A stretch of DNA of 63,394 bases, counting the filler, from Globobulimina sp. (taxonomy: Eukaryota): the NCBI GenBank assembly GCA_003354225.1. It is 43 parts of 43 records of this genome, joined end to end, with 100 filler letters (N's around TTAATTAATTAA, not from the genome) between each part and the next. Parts side by side here need not be neighbours in the genome. Positions count along the whole stretch, not along the records: positions 25,118 to 26,494 come from PIVH01017672.1; positions 26,595 to 27,971 come from PIVH01017673.1; positions 28,072 to 29,448 come from PIVH01017674.1; positions 29,549 to 30,925 come from PIVH01017675.1; positions 31,026 to 32,402 come from PIVH01017676.1; positions 32,503 to 33,878 come from PIVH01017677.1; positions 33,979 to 35,354 come from PIVH01017678.1; positions 35,455 to 36,830 come from PIVH01017679.1; 35 more parts are not named here. The stretch is one strand, 5' to 3'. The notes beneath the pieces were generated by a model. It made no database searches. It was given only the letters and a program-made list of their open reading frames with translations, and was not told where the DNA came from. How positions within the stretch are numbered: position 1 is the stretch's first letter; the number at the start of each line of letters is the position of its first letter. The position numbers were made by a program, and so were the translations under genes. Below are positions 25,118 to 37,325 of the stretch, piece by piece.

Positions 25118-25461
25118 CGTTTGAACCATTGTTTTATAAATATAATGTGGACTTATATATAAGTGGACATCTTCATTGTTATGAACGAATGTATCCAATC
25201 TTTAAAGGAGAAGTCACAACCACAGATTATACGAATCCGTTGTCTACCATTTATTTAATTGCTGGGATGGGTGGGAGCACCGAAGGACATGTTGGGAATG
25301 TTGCAGAATTGAAAAAATATACTGCTGTTTATAATAATACAAAATATGGCGTCACGCGGGTTACTGTTGCCAATGGAACACATTTGTTGTGGCAGTTTAT
25401 TGAAGCGGAAAATAAATCTATTATTGATGCTGTTTGGATTACAAAAGGACATTGGGCTTAA
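25118..25461 (+). CDS. Purple acid phosphatase, C-terminal part
   Basis: EPLFYKYNVDLYISGHLHCYERMYP, YLIAGMGGSTEG. Confidence 0.9.
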
Positions 25462-25614
25462 GATTCGTATTTTTGTTTGTTTGTTAATATATTGTGTAGT
25501 GTTAGATATTGAAGGTTTCTTGAAGTGAGCTAGTCCTCGCTCAAAATGATCAAGTAACCTAATCGAAAGCACAAGTAAAACAATTGTATGTATCAGAAGC
25601 CATGTAAAGAGAGA

Positions 25615-26250
25615 TTATGGTCTCCACAAAATCGGATGTTTAAGTTTTAATTTTCCCAATGGAAACGCGATCGAGTTTGTACCTTTCCACGGTTGATTGG
25701 TGATGATGTGATGATTCCTTTTCAATGGTCGTTCATAAATTTGCGGATTAATTCTATTCTTCAGTTTTATGTTTTTAACTGATTCAATTCTATGGTATAC
25801 CTCAGGATGTTTAGCCGAATCATACTGCTTTATTTGCTGTCCATGTTGTTTTTGTTTGTGTATAATATGATGATACAAAAAATTGTTTTCTTTATTTCTA
25901 TTTGCCGTCGCAATCCGTTTATTTCCATCTGAAATTTCAATATCTTTAATCTCATTTTCTTTTTTTGGCTCCTTCCATTTCCCTTTAACATGGTCATAAG
26001 GCGTTTTTGTGTAAAGTTTAGTTAATGAGTTATTATATTCGTATATTCGATCAATATGCTTTTTATGTTTATCTTGTTTGTAGTAATTATTTGAAATAAT
26101 ATTAAACTCTCTCCATGTTTTGGATGATGTTTTGGATGTATTTGGGATGATAGCATTTGTTACTAAGTCATGAGACAAAGATATCGAGTCTTTGGGTTTT
26201 GTAGAATGTTTTATTTGCGGTGCATCGTACTTCTTTCCGGTTACTGTTTA
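25615..26250 (-). CDS. Hypothetical basic protein, last exon
   Basis: Long open frame with repeated FNIISN/HIITN motifs. Confidence 0.45.
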
Positions 26251-26594
26251 AGTAAAACATAATCAATGAATTGATGGCAAAATAGAAATATTTGGTAATT
26301 AATTAACTTTTATGTTTATTTGTAATCAAATTAAATTCCCACGTATTAAACTTATTAGATTCTTCAAAAGGCATTTTCTTTTTTTGTTGTTGAGTATTTG
26401 CAACGTCAATTGAATTATGCAATCACCTCAGTCATCAACATATCATAATCATCTGTGTCCAGCACCAATGGCAATACCAAAAAAAGAATATGAANNNNNN
26501 NNNNNNNNNNNNNNNNNNNNNNNNNNNNNNNNNNNNNNTTAATTAATTAANNNNNNNNNNNNNNNNNNNNNNNNNNNNNNNNNNNNNNNNNNNN

Positions 26595-27971
26595 AATTGG
26601 CGGCTATTTGTAGCATTTTTATTTCATTGGCAACATTGTGTCTCGCATTTGCTTCAAATTGCTGTTTAAATGGAGAGGTAAAATACAATTCTTTCCGATC
26701 CAAAAACATTTGCATTATTTGTGCTCGTTTCTGCTCAAAAACAGGCGATTCAATGTGAATATATTCCTTTCTTACATTCTCCGCATACACTTTATAAGCA
26801 TCTTCCTGTTGAGCTAAAACCGATAAATCCAAATCTAAAAACAATCTCAAATCCATATCATTTCCATATTCCTCTTTGATTTGATGTTTAACCGTCGCCT
26901 CAATAAAATAAGTAACTTTCTGCACCAAATCAATATTATTCGGCAACAAAACATCACCAAATATCCTTCTAAAATGAGCAACAAATACGTTAAACACTTG
27001 AATGCTCCGCAACTCATTGTCTTTCCTTCTCGGATCATACACAATATCATGAAACCAGATTGCTAACAACATCACAGTTACATCACTAATCATATTCGAA
27101 TACTTAATGCATTTCTCAATTAAATCATAAATGTGATTCAAACTATGATAAAATCTGTGTTTTTGCTGATAAAAATTAAATAAAACGTGCCACCATTCCT
27201 CAATAAACTGCATATTCATATTTGTATTTCTTGCAATTGTATTTGTAGAAAGCAACTGCAATATCAATCTGTTCCATTGGCTGTATAAAAACTGATATTT
27301 TTCATCCAAACACCGAATGGCAGTGGAACTGATTTTATTTTCTGAGCTCACTATAAAATCAACAACAATCAGTTCCAACGGTGCTCTCTTTAATTCTTTC
27401 CGTTTTTGATTGACCGCATCGCCTCCTTTTACAGTCTCCTTTGAGATCACCAAAACCTCAATCGATTCATATATGGACGGTCCATACAAATCGTTTAAAG
27501 GTTCGAGCATAACTTTTAAATCCGGCTTGATAAAACTTATGAAGTTTAATAAGATTTCCCTTCGTTTCTCAAAGGATTGTAACATGTGCGCATATTTTTT
27601 GTTTGCTAATAATTTGTCGACACTCAAACCAATATACAACGCATTCGAAGCCAATAAGCAAGCAATGGATATTAATACTTTATGGCCAGAATGTAAGTGA
27701 TCAAAAGTTCCACCAAACACTGATTCTCGATATTTGTTTAATAACTTACATTGTGTTTGGCCGCTTGCTGTTTGATTTAATGATTCCACGTCAATGTGAT
27801 GAGAGATTGGCAGTTTTGTCAGGTTGGAGTTGCATAAATATTCACCAGTTAATGTATGATATATTTGTGGATTATAAATGATAGCAATGCGTGAATCAAA
27901 TGTCAATCCATGCGTTTTGGAGGAGAGGTTGTCGATGATCTGGTAAAGAGACAGTAAAATATTAATGATAT
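26595..27971 (-). CDS. Fusion of eukaryotic/archaeal-type phosphopantetheine adenylyltransferase (PPAT) with an HD-superfamily phosphohydrolase (COG4339-like)
   Basis: PPAT: FGGTFDHLHSGHKVL, LNDLYGPS, LVISKETVKGGDAVNQKR, KISSTAIR. HD: RFYHSLNHI, LAIWFHDIVYDP, DNELRS, FLDLDLSVL, NVRKEY. Confidence 0.88.
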
Positions 27972-28161
27972 NNNNNNNNNNNNNNNNNNNNNNNNNNNNN
28001 NNNNNNNNNNNNNNNTTAATTAATTAANNNNNNNNNNNNNNNNNNNNNNNNNNNNNNNNNNNNNNNNNNNNCATTTGTAATTCGCTGAGTGCCATGACGA
28101 AAGCAAAATGTTATGTTTCTAAATGACAAAAGTTTTTTTTTCTTCAATTATCAAAGCGTTC

Positions 28162-28221
28162 ATTGAAGAAATGAACTAAAAGCAAAAACCATATTGAAGA
28201 AATGAACTAAAAGCAAAAACC
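28162..28221 (+). repeat. 29-bp direct repeat x2
   Basis: ATTGAAGAAATGAACTAAAAGCAAAAACC at 28162 and 28193. Confidence 0.9.
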
Positions 28222-28305
28222 CTATGGGTACGGGTCACAACGTGAGGAGAGTTTTTTGCAAACTGAGAAAAGTTATTTATCTAATTATGATGGACACAGG
28301 AAAAG

Positions 28306-29448
28306 TTAGTTGCTGCTTTGTTCACTGTTCACTGTTTTGGTGAACCTTCCTTTGTGAAAGGCCAGATTTAAACTAGCCCTCATCTTTTCTCTTCGTATTG
28401 TCCATAACCGATAGTCCCATTCAGTGCCAACGCTCAAACTCGGATATTCTACAATTAATTCAAACAATCGTTTATCACACAACTGCCAAAACACTGATAA
28501 TTTATCAAATGTTTCTAAATCACTTAACAAATATTCATATCTATCTTTTCTACCATACGTATTATCCATCAATTTCTTTTGATTCCTTTCATCCATTATT
28601 TCATTCATATTCTTTTCATAATATTTTCCACATTCTTCCATTTCCAAATTCGAATTGCAATCTGCAGCCAAAACAATACAATGTACAAATCTCGCAGCTC
28701 GCAATAAATTGGTATACAACCATTCAGATTGAATGATTTTCAATTTTGAATATCCATATTCGACATTATAAACCGATGACATCTTCTTATATAACAATAC
28801 GTTTATATACGGACACAAATCTCGGAAATCAATCTGAAATGGCGACGGTATCTTATTTTTGGTACTGGGATAATTCAAATACCACCAAATAATGTCATCT
28901 CTTATCTGTTCCGTTTGGGTTCGGTTTTTTAATAAAGGCAGCAAACCAAACTGCACTCTCTCACTCTCAATCTCGTCCAAATATAATTCAAATTGCTCAT
29001 TAAAATATAACTCGCTGTCTCTAATTGTATTTCGTAAGCCTTTGTGGAAGTTTTTAGCTCTCGAATATTGCTGCGTTGCTTTCTCACGAATGGAATATAA
29101 TAATATCGTTTTCGGAAATAATGTGGCAAAGATTGCCGGAACATATGGTACGTAGATGTATGCCGAGCATCTTTCTGCGGAGAAGTGGCTTAAAAATGAG
29201 GATGCTGAATCTTGCAGAATCATTGATTTGTAATCATCGATTCTGCATTGAATTGTATGATTTACTTGTTTTATTTTGTTGTATTGCGGATTGCAGAGAT
29301 TATATTGTGACACATTCCAATTATAAAAATTAGTGCTTCTGTTTGGATATTCATCGCATGGAATACATCTGGACCAATAAAATGAATCTCTGCGTTTATA
29401 ATCATCGGTGAATGAGTCAAGAAAGAATGAGTAGATATCGTTTAATAA
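28306..29448 (-). CDS. Divergent sulfotransferase-like protein (partial)
   Basis: DSASSF...FPKTILLYSIRE..QQYS and KIIQSEWL resemble the PAPS-binding 3'PB region and downstream motifs. Confidence 0.45.
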   Translation of the reverse strand, partial: LLNDIYSFFLDSFTDDYKRRDSFYWSRCIPCDEYPNRSTNFYNWNVSQYNLCNPQYNKIKQVNHTIQCRIDDYKSMILQDSASSFLSHFSAERCSAYIYVPYVPAIFATLFPKTILLYSIREKATQQYSRAKNFHKGLRNTIRDSELYFNEQFELYLDEIESERVQFGLLPLLKNRTQTEQIRDDIIWWYLNYPSTKNKIPSPFQIDFRDLCPYINVLLYKKMSSVYNVEYGYSKLKIIQSEWLYTNLLRAARFVHCIVLAADCNSNLEMEECGKYYEKNMNEIMDERNQKKLMDNTYGRKDRYEYLLSDLETFDKLSVFWQLCDKRLFELIVEYPSLSVGTEWDYRLWTIRREKMRASLNLAFHKGRFTKTVNSEQSSN

Positions 29449-29548
29449 NNNNNNNNNNNNNNNNNNNNNNNNNNNNNNNNNNNNNNNNNNNNTTAATTAA
29501 TTAANNNNNNNNNNNNNNNNNNNNNNNNNNNNNNNNNNNNNNNNNNNN

Positions 29549-30877
29549 ATATTTAAAGCCATCATTGTGTTCAGTAAACATAAAGGTGATTATACCCCAA
29601 ATGACGAAAACGAGATTGTTTATGATAACCAAGAGCATTGTTTCTGTGGTGATATGGAATTAGTAGAAAATTCAAATATAAATATATCGATATCTTCCTC
29701 TTTAATCACGGAAGGGGATAAACTGTATTTTGGTCGCTTATATTTTCGGAATGCACCGGGGATAAAGCAACAATTATTGACATGCACACCGAAAAAACCA
29801 GAGATTCATATTGATGTTTATCAGCATAATATGTCAACAACGTATTATAAATGTGACATAGCGGCGTTGTTTATGAGTTTAAACCATACTTTTAAAGCTA
29901 AACAATGGTGCAAATATTTATTGAGCTGGGATAGAAACAGTCATTTTGGCGACACATCAAAATCGTTAATGTATTCTGTGAAAAAGTTGTTATATTTTTA
30001 TTCAAGTAATCCATTGATAAAAGATAGTAAAAATAGTGATTATCATCGGGCAGCATTAAAGAAAGTAAAATATGGAAATATTTATTTATTGACATTACTG
30101 AAAACGTTTGGTATCGGTTGGAATCCAATCAGTGTTTATTACTGTTTTGATGAAACAAATACAAATTTACTTTGTATACTGTTTGAAATGATAAATGTGC
30201 CTTGGTCTAAAAGACATGTTTATGTGCTTCCAATTCAACAATTTGCAATCTATAATGATGAGGAAAAACAATGGATCATTGAATTTATGAAAATTTGTCC
30301 ATTTTCACCGATGGATTTTACATATTTTAATGGCAAACCAAATGGATATAAAATAACTGCAAATAATCCGTTGAACAGTGCGCAAAATAATGGCATTTTG
30401 CAGATTCATGGACATGTTTTCTCATTTCTTAATTATACACAACATAAAGATAAAGATAATAATATAATATATCATCATAAATGGGGTACATCATCATGCA
30501 TAATACCAATAATACCAAATAATAATAATAATAAAGCCTCACCAGTCATCGAATTTGGTCTTCACAAATGCATAGAAAGTGAATTAAATTCATATAATTT
30601 ATTATATTTATTAATGTGGTATCCATTCTCTTCGTTCGTGTTAAGGTTTCAATTATATTTGTTTTGTGTGGTAAATTGGTTTCAATCGCAAAATAATAAA
30701 AAATATTCAAACAAACCATGTCATTCAATGCATTTTAAAAAAAGATTATCGTATTTTGAATTAACTGCGGAGTTATTCAAAATTTGTATTGGCGCATTTT
30801 GTTTCTTATTTATTACAATCTGGAATATTATTGAACAATGCAGACACACTATGGAGAGAAAACAATCTAATTCATAA
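29549..30877 (+). CDS. DUF1365-family protein with hydrophobic C-terminus
   Basis: IYLLTLLKTFGIGWNPISVYYCFD, FEMINVPWSKRHVYVL, ICPFSPMD. Confidence 0.78.
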   Translation: MFKAIIVFSKHKGDYTPNDENEIVYDNQEHCFCGDMELVENSNINISISSSLITEGDKLYFGRLYFRNAPGIKQQLLTCTPKKPEIHIDVYQHNMSTTYYKCDIAALFMSLNHTFKAKQWCKYLLSWDRNSHFGDTSKSLMYSVKKLLYFYSSNPLIKDSKNSDYHRAALKKVKYGNIYLLTLLKTFGIGWNPISVYYCFDETNTNLLCILFEMINVPWSKRHVYVLPIQQFAIYNDEEKQWIIEFMKICPFSPMDFTYFNGKPNGYKITANNPLNSAQNNGILQIHGHVFSFLNYTQHKDKDNNIIYHHKWGTSSCIIPIIPNNNNNKASPVIEFGLHKCIESELNSYNLLYLLMWYPFSSFVLRFQLYLFCVVNWFQSQNNKKYSNKPCHSMHFKKRLSYFELTAELFKICIGAFCFLFITIWNIIEQCRHTMERKQSNS

Positions 30878-31025
30878 CTCTCTGACTCTATAAAAAAAAA
30901 TCTTTGTAATTAATATAATTTTTCTNNNNNNNNNNNNNNNNNNNNNNNNNNNNNNNNNNNNNNNNNNNNTTAATTAATTAANNNNNNNNNNNNNNNNNNN
31001 NNNNNNNNNNNNNNNNNNNNNNNNN

Positions 31026-31409
31026 TTGTAAATATTGTATGTCTGGCGGGGAAACGGATTGTTTCTTGTTTTCTTTTTTTAATTCAAAGCTTAACACTTT
31101 GGCAAAGAGTGTGCATTTTTTCATTGTGCTCTTTGTTGTGGTGAAGATTTCGCCGCCGACGTTTATAGACAACATGTTGTTGTCAGTAAAATCATGGAAT
31201 AGGTTCTCTGGTCGACGAGTATGCAGATTGTTGCTTTGATGGTTGTAATGATTGGTATGATTGGTATGCGATTTTGCGATCTTTCCATTGTTTAAACGAG
31301 GCGCTGTTGCTGAGGATAGGTGTAATGTTGGCAATAAACGATGATCAACACATGGTTTACAGTTGTCACTCATCGAATGATTTAGGGATTTGAATGTAGT
31401 TTGTAGCAA
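31026..31409 (-). CDS. BTB/POZ (KCTD/T1-type) protein, 5' part
   Basis: LSINVGGEIFTTTKSTMKKCTLF. Confidence 0.7.
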
Positions 31410-32099
31410 GTTGGGGGAATGTTCTTTGGACGCCTCTGTTTTCGACCACTAAAATACGGCTAGTAACAGTTGACTTTAGGATTAAAACCAGCTTCAAAAC
31501 ATAATATTATGGGTTTCTGATCTGTACTGAATTTTTGAAAATCTTTTGTATACATTTATGGGAGCTTTATCATTTGTGTTAATATATTCCTAATTTTTAT
31601 ATACTTTAGAATAGGACGTGTTAGAAACACCTTGTTTTAAAAATTCACACATTCGCAATCTGTTTTAAAAATAAATTATAGTTTAATAATAATAATAACA
31701 CATTTCTCTCTCAATCTCTAGTAGTACAGTAATCCATATTTTGCATGATCTCTTTGTATGTTATTTGAAATTATGGTATACACAAAAGGCCACGAAATGA
31801 ACGACTATGGAAACATACAATAGTTATGTGCTAACTAATCAGGTTGCATGCCCAGCCTCTTTTTTTGGAGCTTGGTGATGAGATCGTCACCAGGCCAAGT
31901 GGTTCATTTTTCCAAAAATGTTTTAACGAAGTGTTTATATTACAACAGATGCGCGACTTCTATTCTTGATATAGGCGCGATTTCGAATTGTTTTGATGCT
32001 TTACAAAAAAACTCTACTCTTAATCCCTACTCCTTTTTTCATCTCTTGCTGTCAACTCTACTTAAAATTAACAGAAAATAACAACATAAATTATTAAAT

Positions 32100-32402
32100 A
32101 TGTTATATTTAGCATTTTTAGGTGTGTATCGTTATTACTATACAACCAAAAAAATGTAATAAACAACAAAAAAAACAATAAAGGTTTATTATGTATAAAT
32201 CACATATCAGCAACAGCATGTAACTATGCATCATATGAACTATGTGTTGGCAATTCGTGTTTATGGGAGGATTCAGCGCTTTGCTGGAGTCCTGATGCAA
32301 ATGGTCTTGATTGTTGTTATCCAAGACCACCAACCACCGAGAACCCAACCACCGAGAACCCAACCACTGCAACACCAACCACCGCATCGCCAACCTCCGC
32401 AT
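32100..32402 (+). CDS. Secreted Cys-rich PT-repeat protein (intron 32122..32183; absent from the ORF track)
   Basis: Spliced product MLYLAFLGLLCINHISATACNYASYELCVGNSCLWEDSALCWSPDANGLDCCYPRPPTTENPTTENPTTATPTTASPTSA. Confidence 0.75.
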
Positions 32403-32502
32403 NNNNNNNNNNNNNNNNNNNNNNNNNNNNNNNNNNNNNNNNNNNNTTAATTAATTAANNNNNNNNNNNNNNNNNNNNNNNNNNNNNNNNNNNNNNNNNN
32501 NN

Positions 32503-33259
32503 AGAATTATTATTATCCAATGGTGTAACTCATGTTATTGCAATTGGATGGAATTTAGAGAAATATTATGAAGATGAATTTAAATATTTATTAATAAACA
32601 GAATAGAGGATAGCCCCGAATGTATCATATTGAATCAGTTTGAGAAATGTTTCAATTTTATGGACGAATGTTTTAACAGTAAATATGGCAAATTATTTGT
32701 TCATTGTCATAAAGGCTTATCACGCTCAGCAACGATTGTCATCGCATATGAAATGTTTCAAACTAAAACGGATTTTGACACGGTATTAACTAAAATACGC
32801 GAAAATCGATCATTTATAATGCCAAACATCGGTTTTCAAGCACAACTCGGCGAATTTTACAATCAAAATTATTCATTAAATATGGACATATATAAAGATT
32901 TTGATGTGATATTATTCATTAAAAATCGATTGCCATTCATGAATAACAGAATAAAATATAATTATAATGCGTATGAAGAGAATGTAGAGGATGTTGACGA
33001 AAATGAATTATTTGAACTCACCCTTTACACGCATCAGGTCAGCAAATTAAAACAAAAACATAAATTAAATCAAAATGATATCAACATATTAAATGAGTCC
33101 ATCGATACTCTCAGAAATATACAAGTTAAATTTGTTAAAAATGAATCATCGATAAAACGATTTGATATCATGTTTAGAACAACAGCAACAACAAAATATG
33201 TTATAAACCATACCAATGCGGAATGCAATGAGTCACAAAAATTGATATCAACCTCATGA
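32503..33259 (+). CDS. Dual-specificity protein phosphatase (5' partial)
   Basis: VHCHKGLSRSATIVIAY, IMPNIGFQAQL. Confidence 0.92.
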
Positions 33260-33304
33260 CAATTTCTTTATCCTTGCACTCACTTTTCTAAGTTTTTACT
33301 TTGA

Positions 33305-33878
33305 TTATTTTTTTCTCGCTGCTTTATAACCTTTGGCATACGAAATGGATTGAAATTGGTTCAAAACATCATGCACTTTTCCTACTAACTTATCCAAATT
33401 ATCTTTCTTCATATTTTTAATACTTTTAATATCCAAATCATTGAGTACTAATTCAATGATTTCCTTTGAAAATGCAGTTCGATCATCCTTTTCATCAACT
33501 TTTGCATCATCAAAATAACATTCTTCTTTTTTTGCTTTTTTTGAATCGATTGTTTTTATTTTGACTTTAAATGAATAATAAATTTCTAGAACATTTTTGT
33601 TTGATTTAAAGTTACATTTTAATATTTTAAAATCACTCAATAAACCTACACAATATCAGTAAAATATCAATATCAATGTTAACATAAATATAAATATAAA
33701 TATAATTAGAATTATAATTAATACCTAGATTATTAATAGATATTATTGGAATATGTGAAACACCGAAATTATCATTAATTTTAATTTCAAATAATTGCAA
33801 ATTGCCATTTAGCCCTTTTGGGATTTTGCAATCATTATTTTTATCAAACTGTGAACACAAAACTGTTGTATTGGATTT
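33305..33878 (-). CDS. Two-exon hypothetical protein, 3' part
   Basis: Two ORFs joined by a GT-AG intron at about 33646-33724. Confidence 0.45.
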
Positions 33879-33978
33879 NNNNNNNNNNNNNNNNNNNNNN
33901 NNNNNNNNNNNNNNNNNNNNNNTTAATTAATTAANNNNNNNNNNNNNNNNNNNNNNNNNNNNNNNNNNNNNNNNNNNN

Positions 33979-34647
33979 TATGAATTTGGAATAAGAATTG
34001 AAATGAATGTAAATAGTTTATTTTGGAATGAATTTGTTTACAATGGATACAATGACCCAAAATATAAATTTATTGATCAAAAAAACGAAAATATCACGTT
34101 TCGCACATTTTGTTTGTGCAGAAACGGAGTGGTTATTAAAACGGATACGTTTGGAATAAATATGTTTTCTGGAAGGACTGATTCCAAATCAACAATGTTG
34201 AGCAATTTTGGATTTAATGCGAGAGTCTATAACAATAACAATAATATGCTACAACAAGAGATATTAAATTGGTCCGAATCTGATCATACATTCATGTCTC
34301 AGCATGTAAATATTGTTGAAAATATGGATGAAATCGAAGCATTGTTAACAAATAAAATGGGATTACAAACTGGACGCATTCTAACAAGAGGCTTACATCG
34401 GTTGTCCTCATATTTTCCATTATTAAATGATGCACAGATAACAATATATGGACCTACATTGGAGGGAGTCGGTAATTATCCGACATTGGAAGCAAATACA
34501 TTGGCATGGAAATCGAATAAAAGAAATAACAATCAAAGGTTGTTTTGTGCTGGTGACTGTACTGGCATTTTTCGAGGTATTGTCTCCTCAATGACCAGCG
34601 GTAATTATGCTGCACGACAAATAATTAAACAAATAACAAACAAATGA
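33979..34647 (+). CDS. FAD-dependent oxidoreductase (COG2509-like), C-terminal part
   Basis: RTFCLCRNGVVI, SNFG, LFCAGDCTGIFRGIVSSMTSG. Confidence 0.75.
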   Translation, partial: YEFGIRIEMNVNSLFWNEFVYNGYNDPKYKFIDQKNENITFRTFCLCRNGVVIKTDTFGINMFSGRTDSKSTMLSNFGFNARVYNNNNNMLQQEILNWSESDHTFMSQHVNIVENMDEIEALLTNKMGLQTGRILTRGLHRLSSYFPLLNDAQITIYGPTLEGVGNYPTLEANTLAWKSNKRNNNQRLFCAGDCTGIFRGIVSSMTSGNYAARQIIKQITNK

Positions 34648-34938
34648 TTAGTAATTGTACAGTGATTCAGATGCAACTTTTCATTTACTTTCCTATGCTT
34701 GCTTCGATATAATTTTCAGATGGTACAGATTGGTGATAATGCAACCACCAATCTGAACTATCTGAAAATAGTGCCTTGTAATGGAATACCACCAATCTGA
34801 ATAATGCGATTTATTTTCAGAAGTGTGGATTGGTGATATTCTGAAACCAAATCCTTATAATCCAATCTACAGCGATCGAAAGTAAAAATATACAAAAAAA
34901 ACATCTAAAAAAACATTGTTATTTAAAAAAAATTTGAT

Positions 34939-35354
34939 TTACTTTCGATCTATTTTCTCTTTAACCTTTTCAAATAATTTGCCATTTTTAAATCTATTAA
35001 AACTGTGCCGCATCAATCTTTTCATAATCAAACAACAATCGTCAAATATATCTCTCATTTGGCTCAAATCATTATTTTCATTGTTACCATTTAACCATTC
35101 CTCTTTATTCTCAAATAAATATTTATATCTTGACCTTAATTCATAGCTTATATTTATTTCATGCTCTGATCCGATTCGAATATATTTAAAATATAAATTA
35201 TATGCTTTTAATTTTATTTCAGACAAAAATTCCTTTGCATCCAATTCATTCACTTCAATCTCAGTCTGTATCTCTTGTATTTGCTGTGATTGTGGCTCAT
35301 TATCACCACTTAAAGAGCCCGCGCTCGACGCTGATATTTGCCTCAACAATTTTA
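34939..35354 (-). CDS. RGS domain protein, C-terminal part
   Basis: LYFKYIRIGSEHEINISYELR, IFDDC..LMRHSFNRFK. Confidence 0.82.
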
Positions 35355-35454
35355 NNNNNNNNNNNNNNNNNNNNNNNNNNNNNNNNNNNNNNNNNNNNTT
35401 AATTAATTAANNNNNNNNNNNNNNNNNNNNNNNNNNNNNNNNNNNNNNNNNNNN

Positions 35455-36830
35455 TCCAATACAAAATAGGAATAATTGACACAAAACACGTTATTAGCAC
35501 TACAAACGGACAGTACATAATCAATGAATTTCCAATCCATAAATTTTGCAATCACTTGTTTTTTGAGCAATATTATGTCTGCTCTGAATGTGTCAAATGC
35601 TAATAATTCTAAGATGAATGAGTTCAAATTACCATGATCTAAGCAACAAAACACCGCAGATTTCAGTAAGAGTTGAATGGTTTTATTATTTAATATGGAT
35701 TTGTACAATTTGTCCGTATATTTATTCAATAAAACATCACAGATAATGCGCGCGTGGAAGGCATTGCCTTTTGAGTCCTTATGATAACAGGCCAAGGAAT
35801 GTAATATTATGTCATCAAAATGCATGGTAATAAACGCATCCATCAAGTCTTGATCATCGGTGATTAATTCCATTAAATTGAATGATAATTTCGAGTCATT
35901 GTCGTTGTAAAAACTGTATACAATCGGTTTATAATCAGGTAGGACATCATTTATTTTCTTTAGTTTGTTAATATGTATTCTCGATATAAAACCCAACAAA
36001 TAATTGACAAACCAGTCCTGTTTAATGTATCTATTGCTTATTTTTAATATATTTTGCACATTTTTCAACTCAATAAAGTACTTCAGCACTTTTTTGGTGT
36101 CGTTTTTTTTTTCTATATTAAATACTTGTTTTGTCTTAAGATTGGCATAGAAATTGTCCTCGTTTATATTAATAACCATCGTATCCTGTGTTTGTTGTTT
36201 CAATTCAAGTATTTTTTTGATAAAATAGATTTTCTGTTTTTTAATTTTAAATGACGCACATAACGATTCAATGTCGTCTGATTTCAATAAAATCAATTGA
36301 TACAAACTATATTTATTCTCCTTCAATTTTAGATATATATTAGACGATATATTATGATGTTTGCACCACAATGATAGCAAATCTTTCGTTTCTGGCGTTT
36401 CTGATTTCAATTTTAATAAATATAACGTGTTTATAATGGCAGACCACGCTTTTTTGTTTTTTTTCTGACTGATACACAGCAAATCATTCACCGTGAATAT
36501 ATTCTTAGTCTTATGATTCGAATTAATGTCATAGTGTTGGTTCAATATATCGAGGAACAACGCAATGCGTTGAATGTCATATTCCTCCTCATTCACTTTC
36601 TTATTCATCATTCTTTTGTCAATTAAATTCGGTTTTAATTTATTGATTAATTTCAATAATAACTGTCCATTACATAGCATACTTTTGGTCATATTTATGT
36701 TGTTAATGCGCAATAACTCTTTGCCCATTTTCTTATTTATCCATTTCAAAACTTGTTTTTCTTTATTCACATTGACCGGCGCCGGTATTATCACTTTTTG
36801 TTCTTCTTTCTCTTCGTTCTTATTGCCAGG
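35455..36830 (-). CDS. Calponin-homology + SAM-like domain protein (partial)
   Basis: VLKWIN...LCNGQLLLKLINKLKPNLI...IFTVNDL...IINTLYLL, then WCKHHNI..LKENKYSL..LILL..DDIESLC. Confidence 0.7.
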
Positions 36831-36932
36831 NNNNNNNNNNNNNNNNNNNNNNNNNNNNNNNNNNNNNNNNNNNNTTAATTAATTAANNNNNNNNNNNNNN
36901 NNNNNNNNNNNNNNNNNNNNNNNNNNNNNNAT

Positions 36933-37112
36933 TTGGATTTAAATCAAGTGATACAATTGTTTGTGGACGCAAATAAGTCCATGTATAAATTACTCGGTTA
37001 TTCATTTACGAGATTTAAAGCAAAAAAAGATTTTGAACGATTGTGTGAGCGTTCATTTTCGAATGCGAGGTCTGGATCAACTCTACATAAATTGGGTAAT
37101 GTTGATGAATAA
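36933..37112 (+). CDS. C-terminus of an RGS-domain protein (not in the ORF track)
   Basis: IQLFVDANKSMYKLLGYSFTRFK, TAA at 37110-37112. Confidence 0.55.
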   Translation: MDLNQVIQLFVDANKSMYKLLGYSFTRFKAKKDFERLCERSFSNARSGSTLHKLGNVDE

Positions 37113-37325
37113 ATATCAGTTTTGTTTTGTGATTTTATGCTTTCAAAAATTGAATGTTTTATGCTGTGTGTCTTGCGTTGTGTAACCTTGTTTTGTTTAT
37201 TGTTTTCGATGCCATAGATCATTTTTTAATATGATTATACATTTTTTAATTGTCATGCGATTTGCAGTAATATTAAACCACACTTTTTGTGAAGGAGAGA
37301 GGTTTTTTGTAAAATTAAAGATATA

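Noticed and set aside
32118-32450. Track ORFs 32118..32402 (-) and 32226..32450 (+)
   Set aside because: Wrong frames; the spliced signal-peptide/PT-repeat frame from 32100 explains the region.
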